Source: Candidatus Binatia bacterium
GTDB lineage: Bacteria > Desulfobacterota > Binatia > UBA12015
Length of the DNA: 64,000 bases
Assembly: GCA_036563615.1 (NCBI GenBank)
Contig: DATCMB010000006.1
Span: 130,149-194,148, forward strand
Direction: 5' to 3'
Positions within the stretch are counted from its first letter, which is position 1. Each line of letters begins with the position of its first letter. The notes below the pieces were generated by a model, which was not told where the DNA came from, did no database searches, and saw only the letters and a program-made list of their open reading frames with translations. Of this stretch, positions 29,128-38,775 are shown one piece after another. The position numbers and the translations under genes were made by a program.

Positions 29128-29469
29128 TCTCCTTTCGGGCCGTTCGGGCGCCGTGGCGCCATCTCGTCAGCATACAGGGGTCTGCCCCGCGCCCCTAGAG
29201 GTCGGCGCGATCGACGCGCGCTGCTCCGCGACGATCGTGATCGGCGCCGGCAGCGCGCCCGCACGCCGCGAGGCGCGCAAACCGCGTCTTGAAATGCGGC
29301 AGGGCAACATCCACACTCACGCCTCGTGTCCGACGGAGCCCAGATCATCCGCGGTCCCTGGCCCGCGCTGCGCGGGGCGGGTGATCCACGCGCGAACGGC
29401 GCCGCGGCGGAGGACGCGGGCGAGCCGTCGTCGCGCGACGGGCGCCGCGATCTGCTGACGGGCGGCAAG

Positions 29470-29718
29470 ATGATGCTCGGCTTCGTCGTGCGCGAGTGCG
29501 CCGTCGAGCTCGGTCACGACCCGACGCCCGCCGAGCTCGCCGAGTGGGCGAACCACCAGCGCGACGAGCGCGGCGAGTTCTGTCTGTTCGGGCGGGCCAT
29601 CACGCCGGAGGAGGCGCGGGTGATCTTGAAGCACCCGGGACGTCCGGTGTCGGTGCGCGAGAGCCGGCTGCGGGCCCGCGGTCCGGGATCGGGCGACGCC
29701 TTCCGCAGCCGTTCCTGA
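29470..29718 (+). CDS. Small hypothetical protein (82 aa)
   Basis: Protein-like segment MMLGFVVRECAVELGHDPTPAELAEWANHQRDERGEFCLFGRAITPEEARVILKHPG. Support is weak. Confidence 0.3.
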   Translation: MMLGFVVRECAVELGHDPTPAELAEWANHQRDERGEFCLFGRAITPEEARVILKHPGRPVSVRESRLRARGPGSGDAFRSRS

Positions 29719-29877
29719 GCCACGGCGCCCGTTCCATTGACCTAATTTTGGGGCGCTGGTACGGCCGAGCGAAGCGATCTGAGCCGCCGCGCGCGCCGCG
29801 CGCGGTGATGGAAGCGGACGGGGAGTGGCGTCCCGTGCGCTTCGCCACGGGCGGGTAAACCGCATACACAGGAGAGG

Positions 29878-30666
29878 GTGATGCAGGTTCTCGAGGCTAT
29901 CTTCCGGTGGATCCACGTCGTCGCGGGCATCATGTGGATCGGGCACCTGTACTTCTTCAACTTCGTCAACGGCCCGTTCCAGGGGGCGATCGACGGCGAC
30001 ACCAAGAAGAAGGTCAACCCCGAGCTGCTGCCGCGCGCGCTGTTCTGGTTCCGCTGGGGCGCGGCGTGGACGTGGGTCAGCGGCTTGCTGCTGCTCGCGC
30101 TCGTCTTCTGGCACGGCTGGCTCGGCGGCAACCTGTTCGACGCGACCGCGAATCCGTCGACGCCGCTCGCGATCCTGATGATCGCCGTCAACCTGCTGGG
30201 CTTCCTGGCCTACGACGTGATCGCCAAGCAGGAGTTCGGCAAGAACGGCACGACGATGTTCATCCTCGGCCTGATCCTGGTCGCGGTGATCGTGCTGCTC
30301 GACATCCACGTCGGCGGCTTCGGCTACCGCGGCATGGTGATCCACACCGGCGCGATGTTCGGCACCATCATGGCGTTCAACGTCTGGTTCCGGATCTGGC
30401 CGGCGCAGCAGAAGATCATCGCCGCGGTGAAGGCCGGCACGCCGCCCGACGCGAACCTGGTCGCGCTCGCCGGCCTGCGCTCGCGCCACAACACCTTCCT
30501 GTCGGTGCCGCTGGTCTGGATGATGATCGACACCCACACCGTGCTCTACGACGGCTTCCTCGGCCTGCCGGGCTGGGTGTGGACGGTGATCATGACCGCC
30601 ATCGGCTGGTGGTTCGTCACCATGTTCTACCGGCAGTCGACGAAGGAGAGCACCAAGGCCTTCTGA
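29878..30666 (+). CDS. Polytopic membrane protein with conserved His/Trp residues (resembles the DUF989/urate-hydroxylase PuuD N-terminal membrane domain)
   Basis: WIHVVAGIMWIGHLYFFNFV-type first helix and six hydrophobic segments. AGGAGAGGG Shine-Dalgarno sits before the ATG. A canonical terminator follows the gene. Confidence 0.6.
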   Translation: MMQVLEAIFRWIHVVAGIMWIGHLYFFNFVNGPFQGAIDGDTKKKVNPELLPRALFWFRWGAAWTWVSGLLLLALVFWHGWLGGNLFDATANPSTPLAILMIAVNLLGFLAYDVIAKQEFGKNGTTMFILGLILVAVIVLLDIHVGGFGYRGMVIHTGAMFGTIMAFNVWFRIWPAQQKIIAAVKAGTPPDANLVALAGLRSRHNTFLSVPLVWMMIDTHTVLYDGFLGLPGWVWTVIMTAIGWWFVTMFYRQSTKESTKAF

Positions 30667-30696
30667 GAGGCCGCTGCAGAGAGGCGGATGCCGAGC

Positions 30697-30728
30697 GGGC
30701 CGGACGTCACGTCCGGCCCGCTTTTTTT
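30697..30728 (+). terminator. Rho-independent terminator downstream of 29878..30666
   Basis: Perfect stem gggccggacg / cgtccggccc with a short loop, immediately followed by a T7 run (ctttttttg). Confidence 0.7.
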
Positions 30729-30783
30729 GTGCCGGCGCGCCGCGGGTCGCGAAAGACGATGTTTTTTTGTCGCGGTTCGCGCT

Positions 30784-33039
30784 ATGGCGCGCGCGATGGC
30801 CGCGGCGCCGTCTTTCCTGCAGGGAACAGCGTACGACCAACGTTCGCGTGACCGCGCGCGCGCACCCGAGCGCGCGCCGTTCGCTTCGGCTCTGACCCCG
30901 GGCGCCGTCCTCGCGACCGCGGTCCTCTACGCGGCGCTGACGGCGTGGTTCCTCTGGCCGCTGCCGACCGCGGCGTCGTCGCATCTCCTCTACCCGACGA
31001 GCTCGTGGGAGCTCATCGACGCCGACGCCGACTTCGCGCTGTGGGCGATGGCGTGGACGGCGCACGCGCTCGTCACCGACCCGCTGCACCTCTTCGACGC
31101 CAACGTCTTCTACCCGATGCCGCGCGCGCTGGCGCTCTCCGACCACATGGTCGGACATCAGCCGGTGTTCGCGCCGGTCTTTCTCGCCACCGGCAATCCC
31201 GTCCTCGCGGGCAACGTGCTCCTGCTGTTCGACTTCTGGCTCGCCGCGATGGGAACCTTCCTGCTCGCGACGCGCTTCATGCCTGCATCGGCCGCGGTGG
31301 TCGCCGGCGCGGCGTTCGGCTTCGTCGCCTCCCGACGCGCGAACACGTTCCACCTGCACGTGCTCGCGGTCGGCTGGATGTCGCTCGCGATGTTCTTCGC
31401 CGACCGCTGGCTCGAGCGCGCGCGCTGGCGCGACGGCGCGCCGATGGCGGTCGCGCTCGCGCTCCAGCTCCTGAGCTCGTTCTACCTCGCGTACATGATG
31501 CTGGTCGGCGCGCTGTGCGCGCTGGTGCCGCTCCTCTGGCGCTGGCGCGAGCGCCTCGACCGTCGCCGCGTCCTCGGCGGATTCGCGTGCTGCGCCGCGG
31601 CCGCGCTCCCGTTCGTCGCGCTCGCGATTCCGTACGTGCTGCTGCGGCGCGACGGCTACCTGCCGGAGTACGGCACGGACGGCGGGCAGGTCGGCGGCCT
31701 GCTGCCGGGGGTCGCGCAGTTCGTGGCGTCGCGCATCCTGTTCGCGCAGAGCGCGGGCGTGGTCGCCGCGGCGCTCGCGGTGCTCGGGCTGCTGCCGCCG
31801 TGGCGCGGACGGCGAACCGTGCTCGCTCTGGCGCTCGCGCTCGTGCTCGGCGGCTGGCTCGTCGGGCGCGGTCCGGCCGACCTGACGCTCGGCCCGCTCG
31901 CCTTCCCGAGCCCGTACCGCTGGCTCATCGAGTGGGTGCCGGGCTTCTCGTCGATGCGCGTCCCGGACCGGATCCTGAACGTCGCGACGCTCGGCCTCGC
32001 GCTGCTCGCCGGGCTCGGCGCGGCGCGCGCGCTGCGGGTCGTGGCTTCGCGCCCGCGCCTCGCGTGGCTCGGCGGCGCGGCGCTCGCGGTCGCGATCGTG
32101 GCGTTTCCCGCCGAGCGCACCGAGCTCGAGCTGCACCCTCGCGACGTCGGCGAGCGCGCGCCGGCGTCCCCGCGCTGGCTCGCGCAGCACGCCGACGGTC
32201 GCGCGCTGCTCGAGCTGCCGCCGAAGACCTTCCGTCCCGCCGCGGCGCGCATGCTCGCGAGCACGACGCACTGGCTGCCGCTGTTCGACGGCTACACGAG
32301 CCACCCGCCGCCGGTGCGCAACTACCTCGCGCACCGGATCGCGGACCTGCCCGATCCGCGGGCGCTGACGACGCTGCTGCGCGAGACCGACGTCGGCTGG
32401 ATCCTGGTCCACGGCGACGAGCTGCCGCCGCCGCTGCGCAAGCGCTGGAGCTCGACCGCGATCCCGCCGGAGCTCGAGCACGTCGCGACCTTCGGCGACG
32501 AGCGGCTGTTCCGCGTGCGCGCGCAAGGTCCGATGCGTCCCGACTCGCCGCTCTACGACACCGCGCGCACGCCGGGCGGCGTGCCGCGCGAGCCGCTCGG
32601 GGCGAGCTGTCCGGGACGGCTCGAGCTCGTCCCGCGTCCGCCGACCGAGCCGCTCGCGCCGGGCGCCGCCGTCCCCGCGGGCGAGCTGCTGCGCTTCACC
32701 GCGCGCATCACCAACGACGGCGACCGCCCGTGGCCGGCGGGCGGGTTGCACCCGTACCGTCAAGTACGTCTGCGCGCCTGCGTCGGGCTGCCCGCCGGTC
32801 GAGGCGTCTCGCCCTGTCCGGAGCACGAGATCCTGCTGGTCGAGGACGTTCCCGCGCACGGGACGGTCGAGCTCGAGTGGGCCGTGGTCGCGCCGCGCGT
32901 GCCCGCGGACTACGTGCTGTGGGCGGACCTGCTGCAGGTCACGGTCGGCTCGCTCGCCGACTGCGGCGTCGCGCCGGTCGAGGTGCCGCTCCGCGTGGTC
33001 GCGGCTCCGGAAGGCGCGCGGCGCTCGCGCAGGCGCTGA
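30784..33039 (+). CDS. Large polytopic membrane protein (about 12 TM N-terminal domain plus about 300-aa C-terminal extracytoplasmic domain)
   Basis: About 450 aa of TM helices followed by a soluble C-terminal domain. The start (ATG at 30784 or 30796) is uncertain. No recognisable catalytic motif. Confidence 0.55.
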   Translation: MARAMAAAPSFLQGTAYDQRSRDRARAPERAPFASALTPGAVLATAVLYAALTAWFLWPLPTAASSHLLYPTSSWELIDADADFALWAMAWTAHALVTDPLHLFDANVFYPMPRALALSDHMVGHQPVFAPVFLATGNPVLAGNVLLLFDFWLAAMGTFLLATRFMPASAAVVAGAAFGFVASRRANTFHLHVLAVGWMSLAMFFADRWLERARWRDGAPMAVALALQLLSSFYLAYMMLVGALCALVPLLWRWRERLDRRRVLGGFACCAAAALPFVALAIPYVLLRRDGYLPEYGTDGGQVGGLLPGVAQFVASRILFAQSAGVVAAALAVLGLLPPWRGRRTVLALALALVLGGWLVGRGPADLTLGPLAFPSPYRWLIEWVPGFSSMRVPDRILNVATLGLALLAGLGAARALRVVASRPRLAWLGGAALAVAIVAFPAERTELELHPRDVGERAPASPRWLAQHADGRALLELPPKTFRPAAARMLASTTHWLPLFDGYTSHPPPVRNYLAHRIADLPDPRALTTLLRETDVGWILVHGDELPPPLRKRWSSTAIPPELEHVATFGDERLFRVRAQGPMRPDSPLYDTARTPGGVPREPLGASCPGRLELVPRPPTEPLAPGAAVPAGELLRFTARITNDGDRPWPAGGLHPYRQVRLRACVGLPAGRGVSPCPEHEILLVEDVPAHGTVELEWAVVAPRVPADYVLWADLLQVTVGSLADCGVAPVEVPLRVVAAPEGARRSRRR

Positions 33040-33046
33040 CGCGGGC

Positions 33047-33706
33047 TCAGGCGAGGAGCGCGCGCAGCCAGGCGTCGAGGTCGGCGAGGCTCGCGGGGCT
33101 CACCTCGTGCGCCATGTCGTACTCGCGGTGCGTGATGCGCTCGACGCCGAGGTCGCGCAGCTTGGCGACGGAGTCGCGTCCGCGGCTCGCGAGGATCACG
33201 TCGTCGCGCGTGCCGTGCGACACCCAGGCGTCGAGGTGCGCGCGGTCGACCTGCGGCAGCCTGCGCACGAGGTAGTCGGGCAGCCAGCTGCTGAGCGCGA
33301 CGATGGCGCGGAAGCGCTCTGGCTCGGTGAGCGCGATCCCGTAGGCGATCACGCCGCCCTGGCTGAAGCCGAGCGCGACGGTGCGCGCCGGATCGACCGC
33401 GTAGCGCTCGCTCGCCTCGGCGACGAACGCGCGCGCCACGTCCTCCGCGGCGCGCAGCGAAGCGGGCGTCGGACGCTTGGCGAGCGTGAACGGGAACCAC
33501 GCGAAGCAGCCGCCCGGATGCTTCGCCGGGATCTCGGGCGGCGCCGGCTCCGGCGCCTGCGGGGCGATGATCAGCGCGCGCTCGTCGAGCAGCGGCGCGG
33601 CCAGCTCGAGCACCTCCTGCGCGTTCGAGCCGAAGCCGTGAAAGGCGAAGATCGTCGGGTGCGGTCCGTCCCCGGAAGGCGGCCGCACCCGATGCTCGAG
33701 CTGCAC
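33047..33706 (-). CDS. Phospholipase/carboxylesterase-family alpha/beta hydrolase (PF02230-like)
   Basis: HGFGSN..., GFSQGG nucleophile elbow, and a C-terminal His region. GTG start. Confidence 0.8.
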   Translation of the reverse strand: MQLEHRVRPPSGDGPHPTIFAFHGFGSNAQEVLELAAPLLDERALIIAPQAPEPAPPEIPAKHPGGCFAWFPFTLAKRPTPASLRAAEDVARAFVAEASERYAVDPARTVALGFSQGGVIAYGIALTEPERFRAIVALSSWLPDYLVRRLPQVDRAHLDAWVSHGTRDDVILASRGRDSVAKLRDLGVERITHREYDMAHEVSPASLADLDAWLRALLA

Positions 33707-33710
33707 GCGC

Positions 33711-34847
33711 TCACCAGCCCGACAGCGTCGCGACCCGCTCGCGGTGCCAGCTCGGGCTGCCGAACGCGACCTCGTTGCACTTCGCGCGCTTGAACCAGAA
33801 GTGGATGTCGTGCTCCCAGGTGAAGCCGATGCCGCCGTGCATCTGCACCGCGGTGTTGGTGGTGCGCGAGTACACGTCGCCGAGCCGCGCCTTGGCCATC
33901 GCCGCGGCGCGCGAGGCGTCGCGCGGGTTGCCCTGCAGCGCCCACGCCGCGTACCAGAGCAGCGAGCGTGACGGCTCGATCTCGCTCGTGCACTCGGCCG
34001 CCATGTGCTTGACGGCCTGGAAGCTGCCGACCGGCCGACCGAACTGCTCGCGCACCTTGACGTACTCGACGGCCATCTGGAGCGCGCGCTCGGCGCCGCC
34101 CTGGCTCTCGGCCGCGATCGCCACGCAGGCGACGTCGACCAGACGCGCGAGGTGCTTCCAGCCCTTGCCCTCGGTGCCGATCACGCGCTCGGGCGGCACC
34201 GTGACGTCGTCGAACACGACCTCGTAGACGCGTCGGGTCGGGTCGATCGTCGGCAGCGGCGTCACCGTCACGCCCGGCGTGTCGCGCGGCACGAGCAGCA
34301 GCGTGATGCCGGACTCGCCGTTGCCGGGGCCGGTGCGCGCCGCGACCAGCAGGACGTGCGCGATCGCGGCGTCGAGCACGAAGAGCTTCGAGCCGGCGAG
34401 GCGGAAGCCGCCGCGCACGCGCCGCGGACGCAGCGTCACGCCCGCGGGATCGAGACGGTCGCTCTCCTCGAGCCACGCGACCGTCGCCAGCACCTCGCCC
34501 GACGCGAGCCGCGGCAGCCACTCCTTCTTCTGCGCGGTCGAGGCCGCGGAGCACAGCAGCGACGTCGCGAGCACGGCGGAGGAAAGGATCGGCACCGGCG
34601 TGAGCGCGCGCCCGAGCTCGGTCAAAAGCACGGCGGCGTCGAGCATGGTGAGGCCGAGGCCGCCGTACGCCTCGGGGACGAGCAGGCCCGTCCAGCCCTG
34701 CTCGACGACCTTGCGGAACAGCTCCGGCGAGAACGCGTGCGGATCCTCGATGATCCGGCGGATGACGGCCGTGCTCGACTCCTGCTCGAGGAACTCGCGC
34801 GCGCTGCGCGCGAGCATCTCCTGGTCTTGCGTCAATCCAAAGTCCAT
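33711..34847 (-). CDS. Acyl-CoA dehydrogenase family protein (downstream member of an adjacent pair)
   Basis: ACAD N-, middle- and C-terminal domain pattern. The C-terminal region lacks the canonical YEGT catalytic motif. Confidence 0.85.
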   Translation of the reverse strand: MDFGLTQDQEMLARSAREFLEQESSTAVIRRIIEDPHAFSPELFRKVVEQGWTGLLVPEAYGGLGLTMLDAAVLLTELGRALTPVPILSSAVLATSLLCSAASTAQKKEWLPRLASGEVLATVAWLEESDRLDPAGVTLRPRRVRGGFRLAGSKLFVLDAAIAHVLLVAARTGPGNGESGITLLLVPRDTPGVTVTPLPTIDPTRRVYEVVFDDVTVPPERVIGTEGKGWKHLARLVDVACVAIAAESQGGAERALQMAVEYVKVREQFGRPVGSFQAVKHMAAECTSEIEPSRSLLWYAAWALQGNPRDASRAAAMAKARLGDVYSRTTNTAVQMHGGIGFTWEHDIHFWFKRAKCNEVAFGSPSWHRERVATLSGW

Positions 34848-34850
34848 CGC

Positions 34851-36044
34851 TCAGGCGCCCTTCGGAAGGCCGAGGCCGCGCTCGGCGATGATGTTCTTCT
34901 GGATCTGCGACGTGCCGCCGCCGATGATCATGCCCAGCGTGAACATGTGGTCCTTCGGCCAGGAGCCGCGGCGCTCGACGTGCGGCGCGTTCTTGGCGAG
35001 CGGCCCGAAGCTGCCGAGGATGTCGAGCGCCGCGGCGCAGATGTCGTGGTTGAGCTCGGTGGTCACGAGCTTGTTGATCGACGCGCCGATGCCCGGCGAG
35101 CGGCCGTGGATCGCGTCCGAGAGCTGCTTCAGCGAGTGGTACTTCATCGCCTCGACGCGGATCTGCAGGTCGGCGAGGCGCTGACGCACGACCGGATCGC
35201 GCGACGCCTTGACGCCGTTGCGCGTGCGGCGCTGCGCGAGCTCGATCAGATCGTTCATGAGCTGCTGCGTGCGCGTCGTGCTCGCGAGCATGTTGCGCTC
35301 GTGGTGCAGCGTCGAGTTCGCGACCAGCCAGCCCTCGTTGAGCTTGCCGACGAGGTTGGTGCGCGGCACGCGCACGTCGTTGAAGAACACCTCGTTGAAG
35401 CCCGGCTCGCCCGTCATCTGCACGAGCGGACGCACCGTGATGCCGGGCGTCTTCATGTCGATGAGGACGTACGAGATGCCCTTGTGCTTGGGCGCGTTGG
35501 GATCCGTACGCACGAGGCAGAACATCCAGTCCGCGATCTGCGCGGCGCTGGTCCAGACCTTCTGGCCGTTGATGACGAAGTCGTCGCCGTCGATCTCGGC
35601 GCGCGTCTTGAGCGACGCGAGGTCGGAGCCGGCGCCCGGCTCCGAGTAGCCCTGGCACCAGATCTCGTCGGCCGTGAGGATCTTCGGCAAGAAGCGCTTC
35701 TTCTGCTCCTCGGTGCCGTGCGTGATGAGCGTCGGGCCGACCATCTGGATGCCCATCATGCCGATCAGCGTCGGCGCACGGTGGAGGACCAGCTCCTCGT
35801 TGAGGATCGTCTGGCGGACGATGCTCGCGCCCTGGCCGCCGTACTCCTTCGGCCAGCCGATCGCGACGTAGCCGGCCTTGTACAGCGTCCGCTGCCAGGC
35901 CTTGGCCGCCTGGACGCGACGCGGATCGGCGTAGCTCAGGTTTTCACCGCCATCGAGCTCGCCGCGCTTGGGCAGATGCTTGCGCAACCACGCCCTGAGC
36001 TCGCGCCGAAACTCCTCGTCCTCCTTCGCGTACGAGAGATCCAT
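34851..36044 (-). CDS. Acyl-CoA dehydrogenase family protein (upstream member of the pair)
   Basis: ACAD fold (GxSEPxxGSD, WTS). C-terminal IGGGTSQIQKNIIAER replaces the canonical YEGT. 3-nt gap to the next ACAD gene. Confidence 0.85.
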   Translation of the reverse strand: MDLSYAKEDEEFRRELRAWLRKHLPKRGELDGGENLSYADPRRVQAAKAWQRTLYKAGYVAIGWPKEYGGQGASIVRQTILNEELVLHRAPTLIGMMGIQMVGPTLITHGTEEQKKRFLPKILTADEIWCQGYSEPGAGSDLASLKTRAEIDGDDFVINGQKVWTSAAQIADWMFCLVRTDPNAPKHKGISYVLIDMKTPGITVRPLVQMTGEPGFNEVFFNDVRVPRTNLVGKLNEGWLVANSTLHHERNMLASTTRTQQLMNDLIELAQRRTRNGVKASRDPVVRQRLADLQIRVEAMKYHSLKQLSDAIHGRSPGIGASINKLVTTELNHDICAAALDILGSFGPLAKNAPHVERRGSWPKDHMFTLGMIIGGGTSQIQKNIIAERGLGLPKGA

Positions 36045-36158
36045 GCCCGGTCGTATCGCGTCGGCGCCCGCGGTGGTCAAGGGTGATCGCAGACCTCGCT
36101 CAAGTCCGAGCCCGCGACGGTCGTACCTCCCAACAGGCGGGTCGAAGGGAGTACCACG

Positions 36159-37100
36159 ATGGGCTTTTGGGGATGGCGCACGCTGCTGGTGTGTGCGGTG
36201 GCGGCGCTGCTCGCGGCACCGGCGAGCGCGGCGGCGAAGGAATGTGGCAATGGCGTCGCGTGCGCGTGCGGCGACGCGGTACGTGGCGTCGCAGTGCTCG
36301 ACGCGGATCTCGTGGATTGTGCGGCGGGCCTGCGCGTCAAGAATCGCGCCGTGCTCGACTGCGCCGGACACGCGATCGTCGGCCGCGGTGACGGCGACGG
36401 GATCGTCGTCGACGAAGCGCAGGGCGCCGTCGTTCGCGGCTGCACCGTGAGCGGATTTCGCACCGGAATCCGCCTGCGCGGCGGCAGCCTCAACCGGATC
36501 GAGCACAACGACGTCGTCGACAACGCGCGCTACGGCATCGAGCTCGCGGTCGCGACGAAGAGCAACATGCTGATCGGCAACGTCGTCGTCGGAAGCGGCG
36601 ACGAGGGGATCCACATCGGCACGGCGGCGGACGACAACGTGCTCGTCGGCAACGAGATCGCGGACAGCGGCAAGGAGAACCTCTACCTGCTCGACGCGCG
36701 CGGCAACTTCGTGCTGGTGAACCGTCTGCGCGGCGCCGGCTCGGCGGCGATGTACGTCAAGCACTCGAAGGACAATCTGTTCTTCGGCAACGAGGTCGAG
36801 GACCGTCCGATCCAGCTCCGTGGCGAGTCCGAGCGCAACGTCTTCGAGGGCAACCTGGTGCGCGGCGCGGGCTACCTGTTCCAGGCGTACGAGGACGCGG
36901 AGCGCGGCTGGAAGGGGCCGCGCGAGAACCAGGTGCGGCGCGGCGCGGTGCGCGAGGTGAAGACCTGCTTCCGCTTCGAGGGCGCGGCGCACAACACCGT
37001 GACCGGCGTGATCGTCAACGGCTGCAGCCCGGTGTCGGCGCAGAAGAAGTCGGGCGGCATCGCGGCCACCGGCAACGTCGTCGACGTCGTGCGCGAGTAG
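36159..37100 (+). CDS. Secreted right-handed parallel beta-helix repeat protein
   Basis: Signal peptide. Repeated GN/GNxV beta-helix rungs (IGNVVVGSGDEGIHIG, VGNEIADSG, FGNEVED, EGNLVRG). Confidence 0.7.
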   Translation: MGFWGWRTLLVCAVAALLAAPASAAAKECGNGVACACGDAVRGVAVLDADLVDCAAGLRVKNRAVLDCAGHAIVGRGDGDGIVVDEAQGAVVRGCTVSGFRTGIRLRGGSLNRIEHNDVVDNARYGIELAVATKSNMLIGNVVVGSGDEGIHIGTAADDNVLVGNEIADSGKENLYLLDARGNFVLVNRLRGAGSAAMYVKHSKDNLFFGNEVEDRPIQLRGESERNVFEGNLVRGAGYLFQAYEDAERGWKGPRENQVRRGAVREVKTCFRFEGAAHNTVTGVIVNGCSPVSAQKKSGGIAATGNVVDVVRE

Positions 37101-37118
37101 GGCGGCGGGTGGCCGTCG

Positions 37119-37550
37119 CTACTTGACGCGGCGGATCTCGCGCCGTCGCCGCATGACCTCGAGCGCCTTCTCGTAGCGCGGGTCGACCGTGACGTCGCCG
37201 GCGAGCGCCGCCTGGGCGTGCAGGACCTGGCCCCCGGCGGACTGGTGCGCCTCGCGCGCGCAGGACGCGCAGAGCTGGAAGGCGAAGATCGCGCCGTCCG
37301 CGAGCGGGACACGAACCTGCGCCGCGGGCGGCGCCTCCGCGCACCAGTCGCACTTGCCGGCGCGACGGGCGGCGCGCTTCGTGAGCTTCAGCAGCTCCTC
37401 GGGCTCGAGCTCGTGGTCCCGGTAGCGCTCGTGGCAGGGGATGCAGAGCCACACCCGGCGGTCCGAGCGCTCGCCGAGGCACGCGACACGCGCGATCAAC
37501 GACGTCTCGCAGAGCTCGCAGGTGTGCACGACGCAAGGATAACACTGCGG
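37119..37550 (-). CDS. Cys-rich hypothetical protein with four CxxC pairs (two predicted zinc ribbons)
   Basis: CYPCVVHTCELCE, WLCIPCHERY, KCDWCAEAP, QLCASCAREAH. GTG start at 37550. The upstream part of the 595-aa ORF-track entry is spurious. Confidence 0.35.
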   Translation of the reverse strand, partial: PQCYPCVVHTCELCETSLIARVACLGERSDRRVWLCIPCHERYRDHELEPEELLKLTKRAARRAGKCDWCAEAPPAAQVRVPLADGAIFAFQLCASCAREAHQSAGGQVLHAQAALAGDVTVDPRYEKALEVMRRRREIRRVK

Positions 37551-37615
37551 CTGCACGCGTTCAGCGTGCGCGAGCCCTCGACGCGACGGCGAGCGCTGCG
37601 CTACGACCGGCTCGT

Positions 37616-38723
37616 GTCGTCGCACGTACACGCAGGACGCGCGCGCGGTCTCGCGCGCGCCGGGCACCAGGGTTTCCTCCTCGTCGCGCTGGCCGCGGCG
37701 CTGCTCGGCGCCGGCGGCACGCACGCTGCGGGCGAGCGGGCCGCGTCGCAGGCCGCGGACGAGCGGGCCGCGCCGCAGGACGCGGACGAGCGGCGCGGGC
37801 CGCAGGAGAGCAGCCGCTTCTTCCTCGCCGGCGACGGCGTTCTCGAGCTCGAGAACGCGCACACGCACGAGAAGGTGCGCGTCGTGTTCCGCAATCCGGA
37901 CGGCACCTACTCGGCCGACGCGCTCAGCAAGATCGACGCGATCTTCCGCTCGCGCGGCGACGACGAGCGGACGCGGGTGTCGCTGCGGCTCATCGAGCTG
38001 ATCGACTTCCTCGAGGACACGGAGAAGCCGCGCCGGCTGCTCCTGATCTCGGGCTACCGCAGCGAGGGCTACAACAGCGCGGTGATCGCGCGCGGCGGGC
38101 AGGCGGCGCGGGCGTCGATGCACACCGAGGGCCTCGCCGCCGACCTGCGCTTCGAGGGCGTCGACCAGCGCGCGCTGTGGAACCGGCTGCGCGCCCGCGA
38201 GTGCTGCGGCGCCGGCTACTACGCGAAGAGCGGCTTCGTGCACGTCGACACCGGCAAGCCGCGCTTCTGGGAGGAGTCGACCTCGAAGGTCGGACAGAAC
38301 CTCTCGAAGGGCAACGCGCGCGTCATCGCCCGCACCGACTACGACCGCTACACGGACCTGGTCGGCGCCGAGACGAGCCTGCACGCGATCACGCTGCGCC
38401 CGCTGCGCGTCTCGACGCGCGCGCGTCTCGAGGACGAGCAGAGCCGCACGCTCGCCACGCTGACGCTTGCGAGCGCGAACGGACGCGCGGTCGACGCCGA
38501 CGGCTGCATCACGTTCGCCGAGGACGAGGGGCCGGGGCGCGACGTCGTGCGCGTCGCGTCGGTCGAGCCGGATGCGACGGCGAGCGCCGGCGACCGCGTG
38601 CTGCGTGCGCGCGTCGTGCTCGAGACGTGCGAGCCGCGGCTCGAGGCGACGCCCGCGCGCATCGAGAGCAACCCGATCGAGGTGTCGTCGACGACGCTGC
38701 GGCGTACGGCCGTCGGGGGTTGA
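37616..38723 (+). CDS. DUF882/peptidase M15A-family (YcbK/MepK-like) protein with a probable Tat/Sec signal
   Basis: SGYRSEGYNSAV...HTEGLAADL...YYAKSGFVHVDTG metal-binding pattern of the M15 peptidases. N-terminal HAGRARGLARAGHQGFLLVALAAALLGAG resembles a twin-arginine signal. The start is uncertain. Confidence 0.7.
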
Positions 38724-38775
38724 CGACGCCCGCGCGAGCGGAAACTCTGCATTCTCACCGGGGGACCACGCGCAC

